Positions 34,906-45,924 of a stretch of 57,288 nt of DNA are shown here, piece after piece. Position 1 is the stretch's first letter. Each line of letters opens with the position of its first letter. The notes beneath the pieces were generated by a model. It ran no database searches, was not told the DNA's origin, and saw only the letters and a program-made list of their open reading frames with translations. The translations under genes and the position numbers were made by a program. Origin of the DNA: Vitrella brassicaformis CCMP3155 (lineage: Eukaryota; Protista; Chromerida); contig CDMY01000528.1 in the NCBI GenBank assembly GCA_001179505.1, positions 1 to 57,288 on the forward strand. The letters are read 5' to 3'.

Positions 34906-34985
34906 GTCTGTCTGCTTTTGAGCAAATGCCAGTCCGCACGCCCCCCCGTGACGTACACACACCCATCCATCCATCGCGAGGCAGC

Positions 34986-36721
34986 CTAGCCCACAGACGC
35001 CGATGCAGATGCAGACGCCGCCGCGGCCTCGCCACCTGCTGAGATTGCATCAATCAGGTGGCACAAACAGGCAGACACACGTGACGTGCCCCCCTTCTTT
35101 TGCTGCGTACCTCTGCTGCCCTCTCCGCTGCTGCCGTCATCATCAGAGTCCTCCCAGTCGTCCTCCATATCGTCATCATCGCCATCGAAATCTGCATTAC
35201 ACACACGGACGATAGAGAAGGGGTCATGCATCCATCCATTCATCTGTGTCTGCTTCCGTACCGTCGTTATCGTCCAGATCGTCGCTATCGGAATCTGCAC
35301 CGCACGCCAACAGCAGTGAAGACAATCCATCCATCCATCCATGGGCGTCCCTTCTCGTGTGTCCTGTGTCCGTACCTTCGTCACTGTCGTCCTCCGGCTG
35401 CTGTCCCGGTTTCGGTGCGCCGTCAAACAGGATGGCTGAGATGATGTCACCCAGCACCACACGCGCCAGCTGAGTGGTCTGCGGGAAGCGGTCCTTGAAG
35501 GCGCTACCCACACCAGACACAGCCGACTCAGTCGTAATGACCCACACACGCACTGCAAACGAATGACAGCAGAGGACAGAGATGAGAGTGGCACTGCATT
35601 CCCTCCCCCCTTGCTGTGCCGTGCTGGGCTGACCAATGTTGGCGACATCCGTGACGGCAATCCACGCGACGAACGATTGGCAGGCGTCGGTCAGCACAAG
35701 AGAACGACGGAGGCCGACATAGGGGAGGTACGATGTTGTTGTGGTGCATCCCTCACTGGTGTGTGGGGGGACTGTGTCACGATGGTGTGCAGCCGGTGGT
35801 TGTCAACATGCCTGACACACACAATACATAACGTACACTCGTGTGTCGTGACAGTGCCCACACAGAGTGATGCCCCGTCTGACCTGTCGATGAAACTTGT
35901 AGTGTAGTTGATCTGGTGAGTGCCCTCGAAGTGGCCGAGGACGATGCTCTTGACGAACGACGACATAGATGAGGAGACCCGAGCGCACATCGGCATCTAG
36001 CCCTGGGGCAGCCGATATGTGGCGCTGCGGACGGGCGGGTCATGTGGCTGTCGGTGCTGCTGGTAGAGGTGGTTGGGAGGGAGGGGCGGGTCGATGGTCA
36101 GCTCGAAGCCGAACTGGTCCTTGATGGCCCGCAGTGTGTCGCCGTGGTGAAACAGCTTGAAGGTCACGCCGTTGCCGAAGTGGATGTGAAGGTCGACCAT
36201 CTTGAGCTGAGCCAGCACACGGGGAGCGGCCGAATACGCCTGCACACACAACACACCACACACCGATTGAGAGCCATCCTCCCTCCCTCCCTCCCTCCCT
36301 CCCTCGGTTGGCTTACCGTCTTGTTTGGGTATTGGTGCAGATCGGCTGCAGTGAGCCTCACAGGCAGCTGGCAGTTGCCGCACTGCCCCGCCAGCTCGAC
36401 CGCCTCGCTCATCTCACTCCAGCCGCCCGCCTCCGTCACACACAGCGCCGCCAGCACGTCACCCACACCCATCTGCTGGTCATCGAAGGTCAGCAGCTGC
36501 TGTCCGTTGGCCGCCCGCCGCAGCCCCGCCTGAGTGCTGAGGGAATGTCCGAGCCGCTGCCGCAGCTGAGGCGCTTTGAAGAGCTCTCTGAGCCAGCGGC
36601 ATGTGGCCCTCAGCTGCAGGACATCATCGAGGCTGAGAAGGAAGAAGCTGCGGCGGCCGACGAAGATGTACTCGATGGGGTGCTGCTGCTGGTTGGGCTG
36701 CTGTTCTTGTGTGTCCTGCAT
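34986..36721 (-). pseudogene. F-box-like family, copy D with acidic C-terminal mini-exons; premature TAG and -1 frameshift
   Basis: MQDTQEQQPNQQQHPIEYIFVGRRSFFLLSLDDVLQLRATCRWLRELF; TAG at 35997-35999 (GGC TAG where paralogues have GGC TGG); -1 deletion at ~35750-35759; tail exons EDDSDEG|DSDSDDLDDND|DFDGDDDDMEDDW|..SVG*. Confidence 0.8.
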
Positions 36722-36880
36722 CACGGCAGTCAAGATCTGCCGAGAGGCAGATGGGCGAGAGAGAGGAAGGGCGGGCGGGGGAGGCGATGCCTCAAGACGA
36801 GATGCCGGGCAACCAAAGATGGGCGTGGGCACTCCTAGGGTATGTGTTCTGTGACCTACGACTGCCCAGGGCTGCTCGAA

Positions 36881-36963
36881 GGGTTTCTGGGGTTGCAGGG
36901 TATGAAACCCCGAAGAATGCTCGCAGGAAATCCGGGTTTCAGACCCTACAGCCAGACAAACCC
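36881..36963. promoter_or_regulatory. Inverted pair of a 30-bp GGGTTT...AAACCC element upstream of copy D (third, exact copy at 43515-43544)
   Basis: 36881-36910 and the reverse complement of 36934-36963 match at 24/30; the regulatory role is inferred only from position. Confidence 0.4.
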
Positions 36964-39222
36964 TAATGTTCTCACTCCGCCGCAGTTGGCCTGTCCGCTG
37001 AAGGCGTTGGAGAGCGGTCGAATGCAATGCAGCAGATAGACCGATTAAGCGTTAGTTAACACACAGCTGACTGAGTGCGTCACGACCATTGTCAGTCACC
37101 GCACCAACCGCATCACATCACGCACACGGCCCGGCCGGCAAGGAATCAATGAACCCCATCACATGAACAGACCAGAAAAATCATTGGCACACAAGTGGCA
37201 CGCACACAGGCAGGCAGGCAGACGGGCAATTGGGCGGCCAGAAATGGCGCAGCAGGGCAATCATGGCGTTGCAGTGGCAGCGGGACTATATCAACACAGC
37301 AGACAGACAGACAGAGAGAGAGCCACCAGCCATCTCACCTTGCCAGCCGTCCAGGCACACACCCACCCAGCCATTATATTATTGAATTACATTGGCAGCA
37401 ACAGAGTGGATGTGATGTGATGTGATATGATATGTGTGGTGTGTAAAGTGATGTGCATCATGTGTGTGTTGTGGGCTGTGCAAAGCTATACACGGCCCCT
37501 TGCATCTTCTGTGCGTCGGGCAAATCACCAAGACCGATATCATGCAGACAGACAAACGACAGACATGCACCTGACGCGAGACCGGTCCGCCAATCTCTCC
37601 CTCCCTCCCTCCCTCCCTCCCTCCCGCCCTCTCTCTGTTCGCACAGGCAGGCAGGCCGGCGTGGCTTACCTTAGCTTAGCTTACAACGACAACAAAGGAG
37701 CCATTGGACATTGGAGACTACACACACATTAGTTAGACATTACAGAGAACACACCCCAGCCCCCCACACACCCCACCAGTCACCCGGTTTGAATGAAGCT
37801 GGGGCTGGTTGGTTGGTCATTGAATGCATTGCGTTGGCCGTACCGTATGTGCGTGGGAATCGGTCGATTCATTCAGCAAAAGAAACAAAGAGAGAGCAGA
37901 GATGGGCGGGAGGGCGGGAGGCACACACACGAGAGAAAAACACACACATCATCGTTGAGTTACCTATATGGGTGTGTCTGCCTTTGCGTGTGCGTGATCC
38001 GTACGTACCATGCTGCTGTGCTGTGCTGCCGTCATGGTTCATGAGGCAGCCACACGGCAACACAGACGGCGACACACACCCACACACGAGACACACACAC
38101 ACACAGGTCACACTCTCTCTCTGTCAGGTTATCTCTCTCTTGCGACGGGTGTGTGTGTCGTGTCGTGTGTGCGTTGTACACAGGTCGCTGTGCACACGAG
38201 CCTGCCTGTCTGTGTCTGATACCGCGGATAAAGGCAGGCAGGTATTTTATCATTGCAAATCCGGTCCGGCCAATCAATCGTGTCATACCAATTCATTCTA
38301 TCAGACAGCAGACAGTCAAGGCAGCCACCGGGTCTCTCTACACTATACACAGCCACAGCCTCCGTCCATCCCAGATAGTCACGCGCGGCCACGCCATCAA
38401 CACTCAATCACTCACTCACTGATGCCGCAGGGAGGCGGGGAGGAAAAAGACAGGCGCAGGATAGAATCGACGTAACAGCAACAGCAGCCAGGCCAGGCCG
38501 GGCCGGGCGACCAAGCAGGCAGGCACACGCAATGCCCTGCAAGGATCGGTTGTGCGAACATGAGAAGGGGGAACGAGCCACACGTGTGGGTGTCTGTGTG
38601 TGTGTGTGTGTGTGTTGCAGGTGTGATGTGTTGCGCGTGAGAGTGCGCATGGTTAGTTGCTGGTCTGTCTGTACTGCTAGCAGCTGATCTGATCTGATCT
38701 GTGGCCGGCAAGACTCTCTCTCCCTCTCCCTCATCCATCCATTCTGTCTGTCTGTCTGTCCATCAGCGCGTGTCGTTATTCGTGTGTCAACGAGCCGACG
38801 GCGAGACCTGATCCATCGCGCCTTAGCTGAAGACACCATAGACCAGACAGCCGTCGACGCGTTCACACGCGAAGAATCCACACGACGAGTGTGTGTGTGA
38901 GTGAGTGGGTAGGGTTCTGTTCGTCCAGACCAATTCAGCTACCTACTTACTGTATCCCTCCCTGGCTCTCTCTCTCTCTCTCTCTCTCAGTCTCCCTCCC
39001 TCCCTGTAGTATCTCCATCCACTGCTCCTCCCTCTACCAAACAATCAGACAGACAGACAGACAGACCATCCGTCAATGAGTGTATTCACATAAGCAGGCA
39101 GGCAGGCAGGACACCGGTGATTATTATTGGCTGTGTCACTGAGGCATTTATTGAGCAGGCGGCCGTGGAGAGATGGCGCCTCGTAAATCACACTGTCCGG
39201 CACGCAACACGTCTGCACCATA

Positions 39223-39267
<45 letters not shown>

Positions 39268-39947
39268 CCATAGCAAGGCAGGCACCCATGAGTGAGTCAT
39301 TCGGCCAATGTACAGTACATTTGCAGTGTGCGTGATGTTGGTCTTTCGCCTCAGTTTGGCGATGATCCATCCAGAGGTCCGAGCAGCTGATGATTCCCCG
39401 CTGCTGCAGCTCATCCGTTGCATGGAATCGACTGAAGCACTCGGCACTCGACGCCATCCAAATCACTGCAAACACACACACACACACACAAGCAAACACA
39501 CTCACTGACATGAGTCCAGCGCTGTCTTGCCGCTCTTTGCCTGTCTGTTTGACTCACTCACTCACTCAGAGCCGAAGAGGCGAGCCATAGAACTCTGCAC
39601 CCGGCCAGGCGGCCGAGCCAGCCATAGATTGAAATGAACTGAATTGATGGATAGTCAATGTCATGCAATGCGACAAAATCCATCATAACAGTCTGTCTCA
39701 CCCACATAAGTACATTGATCCCAGGTGAGACAGACACCATACAGTCACATCTACATCAGGTCACCTTAGTGACAGTCACATCTGCCGGGCCGGCTGAATT
39801 TTGAGCTACGTACCGCAGAACTGCTCCATTTGATGCGATACATACGTGTCTACACATTCAGAGAGAGAGGGAGAGAGAGACGGTCAGCCGTCAGCCACTA
39901 CGTGCAACAAACACCAACAACGGCAGATGGCGAGAGAGAGAGGCAAA

Positions 39948-39981
<34 letters not shown>

Positions 39982-40232
39982 ATGGCCGCCAGCCACTGAT
40001 AAACGCACACACGCATATCGAGTGGCAGATAGACAGAGACTGGCCAGTCGGAAAACCCCACGCGCACCATTGAAGCCGTCTATGCAGCCGGCAGTGCTCC
40101 TCACACTGTCACCACCACCGTCCGGCCTGACACACACATGGAAAGACACATAGACAGCATTGCGGTCGTCGTGTGTGTGCGAACATCTTCTGCTCGTGTC
40201 GGTCGTCTTTGGTGCAGACATACCTCAGCTGT

Positions 40233-41542
40233 CTATTGGCCAAAGATCCTGGCTGAGATGATGGGCCCCAGCACCGCCCGCGCCAGCCGAGTGGTCTGCG
40301 GGAAGCAGTCCTTGAAGGCACCACCCACACCAGACACAGCCGATTCGGTGGTATTGACGTGGACATCCACTGCAAATGAAGGACAGGGGAGGACAGAGAG
40401 ATGAGACTGAGTGCTTATGTATGACGCATGGGTTTGTCACCCTCCTCCCCCTCGCTATGCCGTGGTGGGCTGACCGTCATTATACGAGTTCTCCGACATG
40501 TAGATCCATGCCACGAATGAGTGGCCGGCGTCGGTCAGGACGAGACGACGAGAAGTCAAGCCACCGGCAGTGGAGCAGAATGATGTGGTGGTGGTGCATC
40601 CCTCTACTGGTCTGTGTGAGGACTGTCAGCAGGTTGAACAGCCGGTTGTTGTTAACAAGCCTGACACACACACAATACACACACACACTCGTGTGTCCTG
40701 GCAGTGCCCACACACATTGATGCCCCGCTTGACCTGTTGATAGCACGGAAAGTGCCGTTGGTTTGGTGAGTCCTCTCGAAGTGGCTGAGGATGGCCCTCT
40801 TGATAGACGACGACACAGATGAGTAGTCCCAAGCGCCCAGCGACACCCAGCCCGTAGGCGGGAGGTATCCGATCCTGCTGCGCACGGGCGGGTCATCTGA
40901 CTGTCGGTGCTGCTGGTAGGGGTGGTTGGCCAGGAGAGGCGGGTCGATGGTCAGCTCGAAGCCGTCCTGATCCTTGATGGCTCGCAGTGTGTCGCTGTGT
41001 TGGAACAGCTGGAAGGTCACGCCGTTGCCGAAGTCGATGTGAGGGCCGACCATCTTGAGCTGAGCCAACACACGGGGAGCGACCGAATACGCCTGCACAC
41101 ACAACACATCAACACACCACACACCGATTGAGAGCCATCCTCCCTCCCTCCGTCCCTCGGTTGGCTTACCGTCTTGTTTGGGTATTGGTGCAGATCGCCC
41201 GCAGTGAGCCTCACAGGCAGCTGACAGTTGCCGCACTGCCCCGCCAGCTCGACCGCCTCGCTCATCTCACTCCAGCCGCCCGCCTCCGTCACACATAGCG
41301 CTGCCAGCAGGTCACCCTTGCCCATCTGCTGGTCGTCGAATGTCAGCAGCTGCTGTCCGTTGGCCGTCCGCCGCAGCCCCGCCTGTGCGCTGAGCTCATC
41401 GTCTGTTGTCCAGTGGGTGAGCCGCTGCCGCAGCTGAGGCGCTTCGAAGAGGCCTCTCGCCCAGCTGCAGGTTTCCCTCAGACACAGCACATTCCGCAGC
41501 GGAAAATCGCTGCCGCGGTGGGCGAGGACGTACCACACGGGG

Positions 41543-41575
<33 letters not shown>

Positions 41576-42621
41576 GAGTGCTGCATAGGGGCCGCCAGAT
41601 CTGCCGACAGTGAGGTGGCACCTCTTTGTTGCTGCTGTGACTCTACCGCAGCACCACCCGCAGCAATCGAGCCACCTGAAGGCACCACAACACACAGCAC
41701 AGGAGGGTCATGACGATGTGCAGTCCACCAACAGCAGCCGATGCTTTCCGTACCTCCGCTGTGCCCACCAGCAGCAGCAGTAGGGCTGATGTCTATGCGT
41801 CTACGCTTCTTGGCGCCGCCGTCATCATCAGGCACCTGACCAGCGACACACACCAATGAGTTTGTGTGTCTGTGTGGGTGTGGACTTGTGCGTACCGCTC
41901 TGCCCTGCTGTGCATTGTTGTCGGTCTCGTTCGGTCCCACAGCACCGCCCGCCCCCCACTGACGAGCTCCGCTGTCAGCAGCCATGCGCTGGGACGGAGA
42001 CACACAATAAAGGGAGTGGCCGGCCTGTGTGTGCCACTCAGTCATTGGCCATTCAATCCATTCTCACATGTGTGTTGCAGTCAGTGGTGATCTGCGCCAG
42101 CTGCCTGCCGAGGGCCGAGTGGGTATCGCTGAGAGTCTCCAGAACGGTCGACAGGCTGCCGTCCACCATCTCATCATCCTGCAAGAAAGGCAGAAGGACG
42201 GGCTGACCAGTGAGTGCAGCAGCTCGGCCGTGCGGTCTCTGTGACGACCTGTTTGTTGTCGGTATGTGTGGCTATCATCTGCTCGGCCAGATCAACAAAC
42301 GACAGAAACTTAGAGGCATCCTGAAAGCCAGAAGCAGCGCAGCAATGTCAGTGTGGAGCCCTCCCCTTCTCCCTCCCCATCTCACCGAGCGCATCGCTCG
42401 GATCTTCTGCAGAAGGTCACCACCGCTACCACCGCCACTCCCACCTGTGTGTCACATTCCCGTCAGGCAATGAATGACACACAAACGGGTCGCCACTTCC
42501 ATCAGTCAATTGTGTGGTTACACTGCATGTGCTGTCCATCCATTCACCGCTGACCTCTGGCGGACGGCGCCGGGCCGTCACCGTCATTGTCGGTGTCCAT
42601 CGGGAGAACACGCTCACCCAT
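40233..42621 (-). pseudogene. F-box-like family, copy E with private 5' exons; 2-nt deletion frameshift
   Basis: In-phase 5' exons MGERVLPMDTDND..|GSGGGSGGDLLQKIRAMRS|DDEMVDG..|RMAADSG..|VPDDDGGAKKRRR join the family core; GACTGTCAGC at 40621 vs GACTGTGTCAGC in copy B gives a frameshift; ends RIFGQ*. Confidence 0.75.
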
Positions 42622-43764
42622 CTGCACCCACCGAAGAGCCAACAACACACACAAGGAAATGCGATGAGCGCACCAACAGTAGGGACAACGTTAACTCAAA
42701 GCGCAACGGCAGGCAGAGTCTGTCGGTCTCTCATGAAAATTCTCATGAAATGAACTGCCGTCGATGGGGTGTGGGGGAGGGAGGCGGAGCACTTCTTCAC
42801 CCGCTTGACTGAGCAGCTGTTGACGAGGCAGGGGTGGTCAGATAGGGGGCGAGGGCGGGTGCATGGGTGGCTGCGTGCTCGTTTGTCTGTTGCATTGGTG
42901 CGGGCTGCTAGCCTGTGTTTGAGGGGCGGGAGGCAGTCATGGCGTGGTGTTGGGGCGATGGACGGGGCTGGGGTGTTCTCATCGGATGAGTGAGCGTGCC
43001 CTTTGTGCATAGGCATATGTGGATAGATTCATGGAGGCGATTTGGACAAGCGAGTGCATGGATGCCATCTGTCAATTATCTCTTCCTCAATCGACCAACC
43101 CTCAATCATGCGACAAACATGATGAGCGCACCCACAAACCCTCTGTGATTGTTTGTGTGTATCTTCTGCTCTGAGTTCGCAGGGAGGCGGCTTACTGCTT
43201 GGATTTCGGCAGCAGCCTTGCAGCAGCTGGCCCGTCACAGCTGCAAAACCTCTCACTCACGCCGTCATCAAATCTGACACGGAGGCCACACACACGGGTA
43301 TTCATGAAGGGACGGGAGGGCATGTGTGTGTTTTTGTTTGTTGTTGTTTCCTCGTGACTAAAAATGGACTGACTGCACCCAGTGCTTTCTCACTGAGTGT
43401 TCTATCGCTGGTCGCTGATGGACTTCAGTGCATATGCCTACCGATGATAATATATGGCAGGAGGATGTTCTGAGGCATTCACAGACTCATGGCTATTGGC
43501 GGCAACTTCTCAAAGGGTTTCTGGGGTTGCAGGGTATGAAACCCAGACAACGCAACGATCGCTACAGAGATGCGCCAGACCTGCATCTCGGTCTCTATTG
43601 TCTGTCCTCTCGTCCAATCATCATGCGACACACAAACACAAACACAAACACAAACACACGCAGAGAGAGACAGGAGGCATCAGCTGTGTCAACTCACCCA
43701 GAGGAAGCAAAAAGCCAATTGAACCTCGATGTATTGCCGATCCAGCCATTCATGTCATGCAAAG

Positions 43765-44128
43765 AGAGAGGGGGGCCATGGCCATGGCCATGGGTGCATG
43801 CCATGGCATGGATGTGTGTATGCACATTGTATGAGTGTGTGTGTACAGACATACAAATAAGTATATAAGACATACAGAGATCTACAGGCAGACAAGGCAG
43901 CAGAGACGGATGGACCACAGGCACGCGTGAATCCCACCCCACCCACCTCATGCGGCAGCCATCACACCGCCACCGAGACACCACATGTACCCGCACAGCA
44001 TCAGCAAGGAGGATTGAACCGCATCGCCACAGTGTCCATTCGTATGGTAGTGAGAGCGGTCAGCAAAAACACCTCGGCGACCCGGTGGAATGCATCGGGT
44101 CACACACAAACAACATGATGTCAAGACG

Positions 44129-44161
<33 letters not shown>

Positions 44162-44455
44162 CAGGAAGGGATCCCCGCCCGCTCACCAGCCCATCACCAC
44201 CCACACACATCAATCGGAACCAACAAGAAGGCAAAAACGACTGACTGCATGGGAACATCCGGTCTGTCTGTCTGTCTGCTGTGATGACATGTGTGTGGGT
44301 GTGAGTGGGCAACGAGTATGAAATGAAATGCACACTGCACCGCCGCAGTCTATGTGTGTATTTATGTATGCCTGCAGCAACGAATTCGTCACGGAGGGAT
44401 GGCTGGACACATAAAGTTCGTGGTGCATCCATCGGTCGGCCTGTCTGTCTGTCTG
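43765..44455. repeat. Downstream non-coding module, copy behind family member F
   Basis: Near-identical to 30135-30600 (GCATGGATGTG..CAGACATACAAATAAGTATA..CCCACCTCATGCGGCA..TGAGAGCGGTCAGCAAAA). Confidence 0.8.
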
Positions 44456-44469
44456 TCTGCCCTTGAGAA

Positions 44470-45810
44470 AATGCCATGCGCCATCAAACAGGATGGCTGA
44501 GATGGGGCCCCCCAGCACCGCCCGCGTCAGCTGAGTGGTCTCCGAGAAGCGGTCCTTAAAGGCGCCGCCCACACCACACACAGCCGCCTCGGTGGTCCAG
44601 ACCGACACACCCACTGCAAACGAATCACGGGGGAGGACAGAGATGAGAGTGACACCGCATTCCCTCCCCCTCGCTGTGCCGAGCTGGGCTGACCGTTGAA
44701 GCCCAGCTGGACGGTGATGCACGCGACGAACGATTGGCAGGCGTCGGTCAGCACAAGAGAACGACGGAGGCCGACATGGGGGAGGTACGATGTTGTTGTA
44801 GTGCATCCCTCACTGGTGTGTGGGGGGACTGTGTCACGATGGTGTGCAGCCGGTGGTTGTCAACATGCCTGACACACACAATACACAACGTACACTTGTG
44901 TGTCGTGACAGTGCCCACACAAAGTGATGCCCCGCCTGACCTGTCGATGAAACTTGCAGTGTAGTTGATCTGGTGAGTGTCCCTGAAGTGGTCGATGACG
45001 ATGCTCTTGACGAACGACGACACAGATGAGTAGTCCCGAGCCAACAGGGTCAGCAACCGCCAGCCCTCGGGCGGATGATAGTCGATGCTGCTGCGGACGG
45101 GCGGGCGGGTCGTGCTGCTGTCGGTGCTGCTGGTAGGGGTGGTTGGGAGGGAGGGGCGGGTCGATGTCGACCTCAAAGCCGTCGTCGTCGTTGACGGCCC
45201 GCAGTCTGTTGCCGTGGTGGAACAGCTGGAAGGTTACGCCGTTGCCGAAGTCGATGTGGGGGCCGACCATCTTGAGCTGAGCCAACACACGGGGAGCGGC
45301 CAAATACGCCTGCACACACAGCACATCAACACACCACACACCCATTGAGAGCCATCTATTGTCCCTCCCTCCCTCCCTCGGTTGGCTTACCGTTTTGTTT
45401 GGGTATTGGTGCAGATCGGCCGCAGTGAGCCTCACAGGCAGCTGGCAGTTGCCGCACTGCCCCGCCAGCTCGACCGCCTCGCTCATCTCACTCCAGCCGC
45501 CCGCCTCCGTCACACACAGCGCCGCCAGCAGGTCACCCTCGCCCATCTGCTGGTCGTCGAATGTCAGCAGCTGCTGTCCGTTGGCCGCCCGCCGCAGCCC
45601 CGCCTGTGTGCTGACTTCATGGGTGAGCCGCTGCCGCAGCTGAGGCGCTCCGAAGAGCTTTCTGAGCCAGCTGCAGGTCTTCCTCAGCCTCAGGATGTCA
45701 TCGAGACTGAGGAGGTAGAATGTGCGGCGGCCGACGAAGATGTACTCGACGGGGTGCTGCTGCTGCTGGTTGGGCTGCTGCTGGTTGGGCTGCTGCTGGT
45801 TGGGCTGCAT
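44470..45810 (-). pseudogene. F-box-like family, copy F; 4-nt duplication frameshift and -1 frameshift shared with D
   Basis: MQPNQQQPNQQQPNQQQQHPVEYIFVGRRTFYLLSLDDILRLRKTCSWLRKLF; coding strand GACCCGCCCGCCCGTCCGC at ~45100 (extra GCCC); CCAGTGAGGGATGC at ~44807-44816 as in D; 3' end abuts the non-coding module. Confidence 0.8.
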
Positions 45811-45924
45811 CACGGTCGAATCTGCGGAGGGGAGGCGATCTGTCGCAGCAGCGATCTGTCGAAGTTGCGATCTTGAAGCCGAGCTGAGAACAGAAGAGCG
45901 CTTTCTGCCTTTCCACAGCCAGCC

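Noticed and set aside
32222-35999. Stop-codon reassignment (TAG as sense), since both premature stops and the family terminal stops are TAG while most other genes here end in TGA
   Set aside because: The TAGs align to different residues (Tyr, Trp, probably Gln), no in-frame TAG occurs in the conserved single-copy exons I assembled, and the same copies carry frameshifts.
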